Assembly (NCBI GenBank): GCA_030248215.1
Contig: JASANG010004046.1
Span: 372,001-436,000 of the forward strand
DNA: 64,000 nucleotides
DNA from: Enoplolaimus lenunculus
Taxonomy: Eukaryota
Direction: 5' to 3'
The notes below the pieces were generated by a model, which ran no database searches, was not told the origin of the DNA, and worked only from the letters and a program-made list of their open reading frames with translations. Position numbers and translations under genes: made by a program. How positions within the stretch are numbered: position 1 is the stretch's first letter; each line of letters starts with the position of its first letter. Below are positions 51,101 through 64,000 of this stretch, in pieces.

Positions 51101-54100
51101 AATTTGAAAACCTATTACTAACTGATGATAGTTGCTATACACATTTGAGTATATGGGCCCCAGGTGGTACAGTTTGCGTTGCGGTATGACGGGTCAGTGG
51201 TGTAATAGTTATGATAATGTAACCTGCAACAAGGATGGTCCGATTTCGATCCCTGGCTGGATTGAGTATATAATTACAATTTGTACAGCATTTTTCGGCG
51301 AGGCCAAATTATTATTTGTTTTAAAATCTTAGAGTTTTCAAACTATAAGTACTAGCCAATAACATCACAAATTGCGCCAGACACAAAATTGTTTGTATGT
51401 GTGCTCTACTCGTAATGTTTCTGATGTTCTAAGTTGATTTGTTGCCGGATCCCGGCAACAGGATATGTTAGAAATCTACTAGTGATATTTTATACACCTT
51501 CTACAATTTAGGGGGGCTAGGCGCTTTACTAACCATACTATAAATGACATAAGCCTTTTGCGAAGCGTGGAATTTTTTGGCTAATTTAGTGTTAGAGTAG
51601 CTGAATGACGGATTGTTTAGGTAAAGGCTGATACAATCTTCATGTTCTCGAACCAATGAACGAAGGGGCACATCAAACCCATTTTTCGTACCTCCACAAA
51701 TATTTTATTTTGGGAAACCATTACCTTAAAGGAAACCTCGAGTAAGAAAATATTTTAAATATTTAGCAATCCAAAGGCTATTCTAAGACCTGTCGTGTCG
51801 GAAGAAATTAAAGGATTCAGAATGAAATTGGAGTAGTAATAATATATTCGCGAACGAAATGAGTGAGACGCAAGCGAAATTTAAAACTGCGACGGTTTTT
51901 GTTTCATCTAGTTAGTGTGAGGGTCCTTATCAGCGGTGGCCCCCAAATGTGAACGTATGGAAATGGCTGCTCCAGCCCTGGCACTAAGCCTAAGCGTATG
52001 CCTTAGCATAAGCGTAAGCCTAAGCATATGCTTAAGCACTATCCTAATTTTAGCCTAAGCATACCGCAGCCAAATGGACATCGGCCGTATCATTTTTTCA
52101 GGATGGGTAGCTTGCTACATTTCCGAGGTCATGGTCACTCTCATGGCATTGGAGGCGCCGGAGGGCACGGGCACTCCCACGACGCAGACGATGGGCAACA
52201 TTCCCACGCTGAATCACAGGATCAAGCGTCAGAAGCAGGTCATTCCCACGGTTCCCCTAAACGACACCGAAAAGGAGTAAATATTAACGTTCGTGCGGCA
52301 ATGATACACGTTATTGGTGACTTTTTTCAAAGTGTTGGCGTGTTTATTGCAGCGCTTGTTATCTATTTTTACGTAAGTCAGAGCCGAAACTACACCTAGA
52401 GAGGGCAAAACGGGCGCACTTTACTGTTTTCGAACGGCTCCGAGTCTTAACAGGATGAAAAAAAATTGTCAAGAGCATTGAAAGAATTCGATTATTTCAA
52501 AATTTCCGTGTTTAAATCAGCTTACCACGACTGATAATTATTGGTTACGGGCACTCAACCACCAGTAGTTATTGTAATATTACAATCTCGGGTGTATGTT
52601 TGTTTTATAAAAGTTCAAAATTTAGCAGAATTTGAATATTTTAATGTTACTGATTTATTTGTTTAAAACATGTTTGAAGTAAAGTATTAAATTTGCTGGG
52701 ATTTAGCTGACTGAAATTTAACATTTATAGTTCTGAAAAATTGAAAAATTTTACGATATATATTAAACCTAAAGTTCAAGCATATATCGGCAAATCTAAA
52801 ACCAAACAAATGCTCTAAATATAAGACATTGTTTCTTAAATGATAGACAATTTTTGTTGTCAATGCTGGCATGATAACCCTGTAAAATCTGATTCCTCTT
52901 TTACTTTAATAAACCTGTGCCAAAATTCTAAGACTTGACACAAGCCTGTCAAAGCCTAAGCCCAACCTAATTCTGATTCGAAACCTAAGCCTAACACTAA
53001 TGCTAAGCATAAAACAGAAGCCTAGACCTGAGCTTAAGCGTAAATCTAATCTTGAGCCTAAAGCCTAAACCTAAGCCGAAAGCTTAAGCCTAAGTATAAG
53101 TAGTAATCTTATGCAAAAGTCTATGTCTATATTAGCTTAAGCCTGCCTAAGCCTAGGTTCGATGTTGCCCCAGCTGCCCTCATCGACCTTGCGAAACCAT
53201 AAGCCTGAAGCTGTTCCCGCCATCAAAGCGAAAACATGCGTTCGAAGGTGTCCCGACTGCCCTGGCCGACTTAGCGAAAACATGCGCTCGAAGCTGTCTA
53301 GAATGTCGCGACAGACACAGCGGAAACATAGGCTCGACGCCGCAGAGTCCAGCAAAAAATATGCTCAGGATTGTTTACCACTGCATTCCGGGCTCATTAC
53401 TGTTGTGCGAGAGAACGGGACGCCACTCAGAGGAAACATTGGCCAATATCTTGCGGATGCTTTTGTTATGGTTGCTTATATTTTAGCCCAATCTCCAAAT
53501 TATTGATCCGATTTGCACATTTCTATTTTCGGCGTTAGTGTTATTCACAACGATTACAATTATGCGCGATACTGTTAACGTTTTGATGGAAGGTACGTGT
53601 TTAATTTGGCTAATGTTTTGTCAATGGATTGGAGTAGCAGTAGGTGGGACAGGAAGCACCTCCTTATCCGTATTCATTTTTTGAAAACATATAACTGTGT
53701 GTGCGATCAGTATCTGGATAACAAACGACAGACGTAATTTGCTTAAGAAAAGGTTTAACGTTTAAACTGTTTTTACCGTTTGTATAAAAAAACTATTACT
53801 CTATTGAAGTTTTCTCTTTATTCAGAAAGGTTTGAAATCTTTTGCGACGCTAAATATAAGTTAAACTTAGTGGGTTACGGGTAAAGTAATTTTGCGCGAG
53901 TATACCTGCGGGTAAAGGAATAAATCGCCATGGGTAAATCGTGCGCTGTGAACAATTCATTATCCACTACTTCTGTGCTTTCTCTTCCACTCCCCTACTG
54001 CAACATAAATGCGACCCTTATCGCATTTTTGGTACGTTTTGATGCTTTGTTTTTCAGCTGCTCCAAAAGGAATTGATATAAATAAAGTGACTGTTGCGTT

Positions 54101-55179
54101 AACCGACATTCCCGGCGTCCGAATGGTTCATAACATGCGCATGTGGTCACTTACGCTGAATCGTATTGCATGTTCTGCTCATTTAGCTATCGGTAAGCCA
54201 GGTCATCTCCAAGAACGGTCAAGAAGCCGTACTCAAGGCGGTTCATTAGAGATGAACCGCGGCCTGACCCGATCCAGGCACCAGGGTTGGGGTTATTTGC
54301 CGCGGCCAAACCGGGGCCTCTTTTTGTATACAATCTTTAATTGAGTCGTATGAAAAAGTACACGTTCGGTTCTCTTTTGAAAAATATAAAGATCACTAGA
54401 AACAAGACACACCAAAAATAAACATTTTTTGAAAACATTTATTTCCCAATGTTAGCCTCCATATACGTATTACGTATATTGTAGCTCATATTGATAGTTG
54501 TTATTTTTAACTGATCTAACAGGCCCCGGTTGATACCGGATCTGGTAAAAATCCCGTGGCATCTCTAATATATATGGGTATTATATATACATATATAATC
54601 GACATCCGTCTCCGGTTTTTTACTTGCCGGATATTATTTTTAAAAACATTTAAAAATTTGTACCATCATTTGTATTAATTCCAAATACCATTGAACTGAT
54701 TGATTTACTTTAACAAATTTTTTCTGTCACACATGTAATGTAGTTGTTTGCCGTTTAACTTTGTCACGTAAACACTTTGGGTACCTTAAGCCACGGAAGA
54801 AAGAACTGTAAGCTACGTTCTGATATTTGAATGCAATCTAGTAATAGATTTTAATTCATTATCCGGCTCCGACTGGATATAATTTTATCCGACTCCGGCT
54901 CCGTCAGTTTTTGGTAATCGGTCGCACCCTGATATATATAGCTTAAAGTATACATGGGATAGTTATATATTCGACCGAACCCTTGAATCTTATGGCGTAT
55001 CTTTCTCCATTGCAAAGCCTCTTATTATTTTAGGATCAGAAGTTGACCCTGCTGTTATTTTGAAAATAGCATCGAAGTTGTTGCAAGAACAATTCAATGT
55101 TTACGATTGTACTCTACAGTTGGAAATCTTTTCTGACGCAATGAATGATTGTAGCAGATGTGAAAATCCGCCTCTGTGA
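48157..55179 (+). CDS. CDF/SLC30 zinc transporter, ZnT2/3/4/8-like, 8 exons, ~403 aa
   Basis: Phase-consistent exons: 48157-48232, 48865-49041, 49564-49710, 50818-50971, 52102-52372, 53487-53592, 54058-54192, 55034-55179 (TGA). Motifs: [28 protein letters not shown], His-rich loop (HGHSH x2, HSH x2), [37 protein letters not shown], terminal CxxC. The first exon is the least certain; a TTTTGCAG acceptor ends at 48128. Confidence 0.93.
51191..51263 (+). mobile_element. Degraded tRNA-like sequence in ZnT intron 4
   Basis: TGGTGTAATAG and TTTCGATCCC at tRNA-like spacing. Confidence 0.35.
52950..53156 (-). repeat. Degenerate TTAGGC (GCCTAA) telomere-like tract
   Basis: Many GCCTAA/ACCTAA units. 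Similar tracts at 35091, 41040-41110, 48460, 51984-52060, 57085-57135, 57680, 58475-58540 and 59785. Confidence 0.7.
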
Positions 55180-55269
55180 ACAGCGGCCTATTCAGAAATT
55201 TCTGACGGGATGGTGGCGGGCTGGCAAAAGTTATGAAACGCAATTTTTTCTGTATGCTATACGTGTGCC

Positions 55270-56405
55270 AAGTTTAGTTTTCCGACCAAAACCAATGATT
55301 CAGATTTTTTTCTAACAAGAAATGGAAAACCTAGGTGTTTAATATTCTACTTTTCATGTTTTCCAACTGAAACCTATGCTTCAGATATTTCTTTCCAACC
55401 AAGCGAAAATCTAGGCATGTTAATTTACCACTTTTCCCGTTTTCCAAACAAAACAATTTTCCACTTTTGCCGTTTTCCAAACAAAACCTGTGCTTCAGAT
55501 TTTCCCTACCAACCAAGAAAAAATCTAGGCATTAAAATTTTTCCCGTTTTCCAACCAAAACCTATGCTTCAGACCTTTCTTACCAACCATGTAAAATCTA
55601 GGCATTTTAATTTTACACTTTTCCCGTTTTCCAAACGAAACATGTGCTTCTGATTTTTCCTAACAACCCAGGGTAAATCTAGGCATTAAAATTTTTCACT
55701 GTTCTCGTTTTCCAACCGAAACCTATGCTTCAGATATTTCATACCAACCAACGAAAGTACTAGGCATTAAAATTTTTCACTTTTCCCGTTTTCCAACCAA
55801 AACTTATGCCCTACGCTTGAATTTTCCACTTTTCCCGTTTTCCACCGAAAACCTATGCTTCAGATTTTCCCTACCAACCCAGAGTAACTCTAGGCATTGA
55901 AATTTTCCACTTTTCCCTTTTCCCAACCAAAATCTATGCTTCAGATATTTCTTACCAACCAAGGAAAAATCTTGGCATTAAAATTTCCCACTTTTACCGT
56001 TTTACCACCAAAACCTATGCTTCAGATATTTCTTATCAACCAAGAGAAAATCTAGGCATTAAAACTTTCCACTTTTCCCGTTTTCCGACCCGAACCACAC
56101 ATCCCAATGTTCCAGCCAAACCAAATGAAGTGTTCCTTCCCAACCAGACTTAGAGAAACTCTATACATTTATTTTTTCCAGTTTTCCAGGTTTCCGAACC
56201 TAGCCTGTACCTGTAACTTTTCCTACCAAACATGGGATTATCTAGGCGTTTGAATTTTCCAGTTTTCCCTGCCACACTTATGCTTTTTAATTTTCCTACC
56301 AAAGCAGTGGAAAACGTGGCCGTCAAACAGGAGTGGCTGCGCTGCACTCTTGGTCATAAGTTTTCCACCGTAGAAAACTGGAAGCCCCTATGCTATACAT
56401 TGGCC
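55270..56405 (-). repeat. ~80-bp tandem array ending in the foldback-family terminus
   Basis: AACCTATGCTTCAGA recurs at ~80-81-bp spacing (55559, 55640, 55720; 55850, 55931, 56012); terminal ...GCTATACATTGGCC. Confidence 0.9.
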
Positions 56406-58396
56406 AAATTTTGTAAAACAGGGATCATTCCACAACGAAACGGTGGGCTGGATTTTGTTAGCAATTTTTTGCGGAACAATACCCAACCTTACAAGTTTTC
56501 AGTTTTTTTTTCATTCTCTGTTTTACTTCAATTTCTTTCACTGTTAAATGCCTAAATGTTAATATATAGTTTATACGTTTTGTGTCTAACGGATATGCTC
56601 AACTTCAAAGTATACTTCAATTTATTGAAATTTAAAACTGGCATTTGGCTTTTCGCTCGTTTGAATAACAGCCAAGATTCTACTGTTCTCTCGAACATCG
56701 TTTGTTGAATTTTTAAAAAAATTAAACTTTGCGTGTCGAAGTTTTCCAAACGTTAGTTTTTTCTTAAACGCATCTTTCAACTGGAAGCTCTCGATGAAAG
56801 TGTCCTGAGATACAAAATGATCGTTTATCGTCAATTCTGACATCACTATAGGTTTGTATTAACTGCCTTTGTTCCAGTATTTGCTCTGGACCTTTGGACT
56901 CAAGAAAATATCCTCAGGAGCGGTTATACAGTTTTGAAATATTGAGTAAAAAACGACAGCATGAATTTAAAGATGTTAACTTCGTTGCGTTGGTACAAGT
57001 GGTTCGACCCATACTTACAGATTTAGGGCAGAATGTTTTTCTGCGGGACTGCAATACAGTATGCTCAAGATTTAGCCTACTTTTTTGCTTGGGCTTAGGC
57101 TTATGTATAAGCTCACTCTTAAGCTTTGGCTTAGGAACATACTTATACTACTATTACGGCCCTGTATTATACGCTGGCCACGGTTCAGAGTTGTACTGAT
57201 TAAGGGCTCAATGTTCGGAAAATGTATATCCGGCTCCGGATATATTTTTTCGGACACATATCCGGATACTTTTCATGTCCAGACATCTGGTGTCCGTTTC
57301 TACAATAAATTCATAAATTTCAATACCTTTCTTTTACCAAGGCAAAAGTATTTCGGAAAAAAAGTAGTAATTAAAACCCCTTCTGTAGTTATGGCCCTGT
57401 ACAAGAACAATCAATGAAATATTTCAAATAAATTTCGGTGGTTCGTTCGTTTGAAAATATCGATTCGTTTGCAGGATTTTTAAAATATGCATTGTAGAAT
57501 GTGGCTCTAGAACAATGACAAATATCTTAAAACTACAACAATTGAAGAGGTTGAGAGAAAACCATTGAGGTGAGGGCTTAATCTCCCACGCCCACCGCAT
57601 AATTACGACCCTGTACAAGATAGGCCCATGTTTTAACTATAAAGACACTAAAAGCCGCAAAGTGTATGCGTTGGCCTAGACATAAGCCTAAAGCCTAAGC
57701 GTAATGCCTCTTTGTTTCTAACTCTCTAAAACTTCCTGTGTTTCAGTAGGCTGTCGTTTACATGGGTTACCAGACACACAAATCGGTAAAATATGTATGT
57801 CCAGCAAAAGTCCACCAGTTTAAGCCGGATCATTTTTGATTTTAAAAGCATATTGAAATTATTATTATTATTTGAGGAGGCGACTTAAATTGTAAAGATC
57901 AATTGTATGCTTAAATAAAACAGACGTAAATCTGCCGATACGGCCGGCAGATGGCGTTTTCTTAATATTGTCCGCTAGCGGTCATTTACATAATATTTAT
58001 TCTTCATAAAACGTTTTACGATATTCACCGATTTTGACCAGTTTTATATTTTAATAAATCTTTTATATCTGATATTTAGGCTTCAATGAATATCTAAGTG
58101 TGAAGCTTTATACGATGAGCAAAATTCGAGCTCGGAACTAGAGAGCGGCCAGTGGGTCGTTGTCCTCGTGGAAAACTTTTGGCCACGCTAGAAAGTTTTA
58201 AACTTTGCTTGTAAAAAATCGAAAAACATTGTATGCCCTCCTGAAAAATTTTTAGCCCCCCCACCTAGCAAGTCGAGCTAACTGCGGGCCTGCAAGACTA
58301 GACGCGGGTCTAAAGTTTAATAGCTTTGTCGGCTTGAGCTTTTATATAACATTAAATGTTAAGTAGTGTCCTGGATCAATCGCTGATATGTCATAT

Positions 58397-58590
58397 GGCC
58401 CATGTATAGAACAGGACCAAATCGTTTTCCGGGGGGCTATAAGAGTCAGTTTAAGCTTTAGCCTATTTTTTTTTGCTTAGGCTTAGGCTTAGGATTAGGC
58501 TTAGGAATATGCTCATCCATACGCTTAGGCTTAGGTTTAGGAATAGGAAGATGTTATACTACTGTTTCGGCCCTGTTCTATACATGGGCC
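58397..58590. mobile_element. MITE with TIR GGCCCATGTATAGAACAGG enclosing TTAGGC repeats
   Basis: Perfect 19-bp inverted ends (extending with one mismatch); GCTTAGGCTTAGGCTTAGG inside; no TSD visible. Confidence 0.85.
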
Positions 58591-60822
58591 TGTCTACGCA
58601 TGGGTCACGGGTCACATCGTGCGCCGTTTTTATTTCTGTTTTGTGGTTTAAAAGCACAGATACGATTTATTTTAATTAATACCGGCGGCAAAGTGACATT
58701 AAATTTAAGTCATTAAACTTGATTAAATTTTAAATGAATCACATAAAATTATAATTTTAGGCACGATCATACATCGGTTGTGTAATATTAATAACTGCAA
58801 CCTTTATATCTATTCTCAATTTTTCTAAAACGTGTATACTACGCAGGGTCGTGGCTGCAAACTGAAATCTGACTCGAAGCAGCGTATATTAATATTTAAC
58901 ATATAAATTTTAAGAGATTTGAAATTCAATTTTTACAGTTTTAATTCTTATTTAAAATGATGTTCACACGTGCAAGTTTGTAGTATTTATACTGGCGTTT
59001 TGGCATCGGCATCTGACCTTATACCGTATTTCTAAATATTGGTTGGAAACTTTGATCTTTAAACGCTAAATAATTTGTTATATGTTTTAGGATTGCAGGT
59101 CAAATAGTTCATCAGAAACAGAACTCATCTGTTTTCTAGCCAAATTGCTGAAAAGCATGTGGTGCAGATAGAACTCAAGTTCAAAAAATGTATTGCTCCT
59201 CCGATGATATTTTTTTATTTTTTTAAAACACGCTGTAAATTAGGGGCGTTCACAAGAAAGACATAAGAGATATATCACTGGAAATTTGTGTAAAGCGTCG
59301 AAAAAGGCACATTTACAACCTGTAAAAAACTTTCATGCGTCAAAAAATTTTATCGCTCGCTACGATCCCTAGCGAAAAACGTTTAGACGTAGTTGTTCCA
59401 TCACGAAATGAACATCATGGCTACGCCATTGTGCAAAGATTGTACAATTTCACAAACGACAAAAGGTACCCTCGGCAAGCGGAAAATGTTCAATTCAGCG
59501 CTGTTCAATACATTTTTGAAGTAAAATTTCCGATCAATTTTTGTTTTATACAATTGTACAAATGCAAACACCGTTTGTTTTACTAAAAGTTAATAAAATT
59601 ATGCGGAATGATGTAAGCTGTTATGCATCCGTTACAATTATTGTAAATATTTCGCAATCCACCGTTGAATATGAGTGCTTTCTTTCGTGCTTGCAGCCTG
59701 GAACACAAAAAATATTGTTATATGGACCCATTTTAGATGAGGACCGTAACAGTAGTGCAGGCATATTCCTGTGATATAGCGGAAGCCTAACCGTAAGCCT
59801 CAGCGTAAGGACAAGCCTGCACCTAAACCTATGTCGTGGCTTAATTCTAAGCCAACCATAAGATTAGTTTAAACCCAAAGTTTACTCAATTGCAGTCATT
59901 GTGGTGTGCCAGCTAAGCTTTTAATAAAACTGTATAACAGGGTAACAGTAAACAGTATGACACGATTAAACAATGTTTTACTCTGTAAACCTACATAAAC
60001 GTAAACAATGGTTAATAGAGCATGCAAGGGAGCGCAGTTGAACCTCTTTTACACAAGCGATGTCAGTATCCATATCCAGGGTTGCTGGCCGGAAAAAAAT
60101 TACCGGAAAAAATGGTTTTCGTTTCCGTTTTTTCCGTTTTTCCAATGGGGATGGAAAAAATGGAAAAATATTAAACGATTCTTAAACATATTTTGCAAAT
60201 GATATAAAATATTACGTTTTTAGAGGACATGTAACTATTTTCATGCCATTTGAATTCATTGGACCAATTCAATCGTTCAAACCGATTGTTGGAAGTTTTA
60301 AATTGTGTATTGAAGGGGCTGCGGAGTAATTGATCAGAAAATTTAACCGACTCGCGAAAATTTTGTCTTCAATAAGCTTCGACTCGACTGGTTTATTGTT
60401 AAAGAGCCAGTGTAGCAGAGGTTTTAAGCTTTAATGCTTACAATTAATCTCAATCATATATACACATATGTCATATTTTCGACATTTCAAAGTGTTTATT
60501 TACGAAATGCTGGCCTCAAATATAATGTGGTTTTAAACACAAGGAAGCATTATTGTTTTGCTTGATTTTTAGTGTAGAAGTTAGATGTTGTTTTACACTT
60601 CCGGCATAGTTTTTGGAGTTTTCAGATTATAGCATAACTTACCCCAAGGTTCATGCTTAGGCTACTCTCTAAAAACTTAAGCTTAAATTATAGCTTAACT
60701 AAACTTGAATATCAGTTTACGTAAAACTTAGATGGCTGGACGGACTAACTAAACTAGAATTTTAAGTTTTACTTAAACTAACGTGTTTTTAAGTTTAACA
60801 CGAGATTAAGTAACAAGTGCAG

Positions 60823-62045
60823 CCTGTCGGATATTCCCCGGCGTCCCTACGCCGAGGGATATCCGTCGGCGCGCTAAAACCCGACCCTCGAGCTCCAGGG
60901 AGCCCTCGGGCCGCCCTAAACCCCCCTCACAACAACAACAACAACAACAACCTGTAAACACAACTAAAAACCCCCCGTCCGCAGCACGGTTACTGTAGCG
61001 CTCTACGCGCTGGCCTCTGCTCTCATAGGTGGCGATATCAATTTAATAGGAGCGCAGTTAAGGGCCGTCCGAGTTCACTGCTGTTTACTTGTTATGATAT
61101 TTTGATTCAGTACGCTATAACAGGTTTTGTACCGCATACGCGGCTGTGCATCAAATGTGTAGTTTTGATTGATAATATCAGCGACAACTATCGATGTGTT
61201 ACAGAGTGAATTTTAATGTTTAACAATTGCTATCAACAAGGGGGTAACTTGATATTTGTGTTTACATCGCGAAGGTTCATTGACCTAGATACTCTGCTTA
61301 TTTCCAACTTTCGGGTTTTCAACATATTTTTGAATTCGGTTTAGTTTCGCAACTGCTTTAGCGCGACCCGCGCCGCCGTGCCTGGGCTACCACCCGTAGC
61401 CCAGGCTCGGCCCTAATTCCTGTTATTTTTAACGTTGTTTTCACGCCGTTTTCGAAGCAATTTCGAACCGCAACTTTGGCCGTTAATAACTCTATAACGA
61501 TTGGACCGAAGATTATGAAAATTTATATCTAGGCACTAGAAAGAAAGCCAAATCCGCCGATATAAAATTCATCTTAGCCAAGAAGGCTCAACGTGAGAAA
61601 ACTATAGGCTATTTCTTGGACCCTAAAACTCCGTATACAAAACGTTGTGTGTGTCTAATAGCATTTTATGAGTGTCTCACCGACGTTACAAATGTGTCTT
61701 GAAGTCTAGAAAAAAAGACTGTTCATTGTTGTTTTTGCGCATACGTGCCGCAGTATTATTGTTCTTTATTGTCGCAGCCGCTTAGCCTGCCAAAGGGCAA
61801 GGCCCGCGCGGCAGGCTCAACGGCTGCTTACGGTTTTAACCCAATTGCATTCAGGTTTATCGCGTACGATAATACTTAACTGCAATCTAATTCGCGCTCT
61901 AGCGCTTAATTATCTACTGGGTTAAAAGTCCGCGGATAGCGGCATTACCAATAATTTCGGCTTCGGCCTTATCAAATAATTTCGGGTAGTTATTCCCGCT
62001 CTTGTTCGGCCAGCTCGGCTCCCCCGGAATACCGTAGCTGGACCC
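60823..62045. other. GC-rich multi-hairpin element with (CAA)7 microsatellite
   Basis: Stem-loops at 60828-60865, 61380-61406 and 61774-61827; (CAA)7 at 60930-60950; boundaries approximate. Confidence 0.5.
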
Positions 62046-64000
62046 TTATTATCGTCATTACTGTGTCATTATCGTATAACTTGTATTATTGCGTTAATAA
62101 ACAACCAGTATTACTGGTCCCTGTGAACCTGAGTTGAAGGTTATAATTGGTGAATGTTGGACTCGAATAAAAACACTCACAGCCGGCTCCCCTGTCGAAA
62201 ATAGGTTCACACAGGCGGAGTTATATCCATGTGTTTCTGTACCCACCCAAGTCAGAAACCGGTGACCAGCCGGTTCCTGGTCAGTGCACTACACTACTCA
62301 CCACGCGCTGGTTTCAAAGTTACTGCTACACACATTTAAAAATATATATTTTTTAAAAAAGGTCACTACCCAAAACACAAAAATTATCGGCTATTGTTCC
62401 TTAGTAGTTATTAGTATTCCAAGATCAGTTTTTTTGCATTCGATAAACCAATAATTTTGGCTCTAGTTAACCTGGTTACGGTTTCAGCCATAGTGGTATT
62501 TTCGAGGGTGCCTCACGGTTCTGGGTGGGTGTGCCAGCTAATGTTTTTATATTTTTTGTTTGCTGTCGAAAAAATTTCCCTTTGAACCTCTTAAACGCCA
62601 ACTGTTTGATATTTTATCGGTTATGATGAACAACTATACTTTTCTGAATAGAGTTTTTATGCACTGATATAAAGAGGGGGATAAAAGTTTGCAACTTTTT
62701 GACGCTATAAATACCACCTGTTCAAAAATTGTTTTAAAGTTATAAAAACTGGAAAAAATGCAATTGTGTGCTTGGGGTAGGAAGTTTTGACTCTAAGGGG
62801 TCGGTTGTTGCGCACTTTCTCACCACATTTACGTTTAGGCTTACAGTTAGGCTTAAACCCATAAAAAAGCCAAAATTATAGAAAATAACGAAAAAATTCA
62901 GTAGGAATTGTGAGTTTATTGAAAATTTCAATTTAATACTTCATATACTTTTTGAACAAGTAGGTTCCAGCCTCGTCGTTTATTCCGTGTTAGAAAACGA
63001 TTTTCAGAGCGAGCTTGGAACCATCTTTGACAAGAAAGAGGTAAAGTTCGTTTTTAAATCACAGCTCTCGCGTACCTGTAATTTTCGATTCGTTTTAATT
63101 TTTAGCATCAATCATTAATTATAATCGCTTCAATGAACAATATTTACAATAAAATGATTAAAAAATTTCGCAAACACCCGAAGCGCATTGCATTATTAAC
63201 CATAGCATTCGCAACTTGAACCAGAATGCAAAATAATGCCTGTGGGTGGCAACAGGATAGCAATGCCGCCTCAGGTGGTATCTTGAAAAAAATTAGCCAA
63301 TCAGACCGCGACATTAAAGTTTCCTTGAGTAAAGTTAGCCTATCAGAAAGCAGTCTTGGAGCCTCTGATGGCATCTTGAGTGAAATTGACCAATCGGAAT
63401 GCAATACGCGTCGGACCAATAAAATACGAGCAACTGCGTTTATGAACAGCAAAAATAAAGCATCAAAAACACATTTGCGACAAATTTGCCGTTTTGCTTA
63501 TCGACGCTTTGTTTCGGTAAGTGTTTATTGATTTATTTTTTTGGGGTTTTGGAAAGCACTCGGACACAGGGCCGGATTTAGGCGTGGGTGGGAGGTGTTA
63601 GCTTCCCACGAGAAAGTTTTTTGAAAAAATGGTAGGGCGGTTTTTTGAGAACTTGCGGATAGGTCCAAAACCAAAACTTTTTATTACAATTTGATATTAA
63701 AATTGCGTTTGATTTTTTGCTCGATTCACTTACGAGTTCGTTTTGTGTACCCACCCGCACCCTGCCAATTCAGTACTTATGGATATATCTTTTATACGCA
63801 AATTTCCGTAACGAAATTGCCGAAACCCTGGCAAAAACTACCTGTGTCGGAGGTCGATTTTGTGCCGGAGCCAGAAGCCGTTACAGGGCTTCGGTTGCAC
63901 CCTATGGTTGCCTGTCTATTTGCAGTATGGCATTTTTAGTAGTTTTGCGAATTTCTGTTCATGAATTGCCTAATGCGAGTATACTACTTTTTTTAACGTT

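Noticed and set aside
53162..53506. 114-aa ORF in ZnT intron 5
   Set aside because: Spans degenerate tandem repeats, is out of frame with exon 6, and the gene model is complete without it.
54120..54150. ZnT C-terminal VHNMRMW instead of VHDLHIW
   Set aside because: HN.R.W variants occur in other invertebrate ZnT2-like proteins, and the HD-HD transport site is intact.
55270..56100. Regularly spaced repeats resembling a CRISPR array
   Set aside because: The whole 80-bp unit repeats with no unique spacers; eukaryotic context and no cas genes.

Overview
AT-rich, intron-containing animal genomic DNA, very dense in transposons. A nematode source is inferred, not proven, from TTTTCAG splice acceptors, interstitial TTAGGC tracts and AAAATTTGAATTTCCCGCC repeats. 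Three host genes were reconstructed by hand with phase-consistent GT-AG exons: an intronless PIG-U (GPI transamidase subunit, minus strand); a 13-exon, ~1005-aa SECIS-binding protein 2 (SBP2, minus strand) that keeps both the SID and L7Ae motifs; and an 8-exon, ~403-aa ZnT2-like CDF zinc transporter (plus strand). An SBP2 intron holds a decayed, antisense, intron-containing pogo (DD35D) transposase. The rest is mostly non-autonomous elements: hAT-type MITEs (8-bp TSDs), Tc1/mariner-type (TA), PIF/Harbinger-type (TTA/TAA), CACTG-ended elements, tRNA-derived SINE heads and tandem arrays, often nested. I found no convincing wholly new biological system. The best leads are the spliced transposase, the intronless and probably trans-spliced PIG-U downstream of SBP2, telomere-like repeats carried inside MITEs, and a multi-hairpin element near 61 kb.
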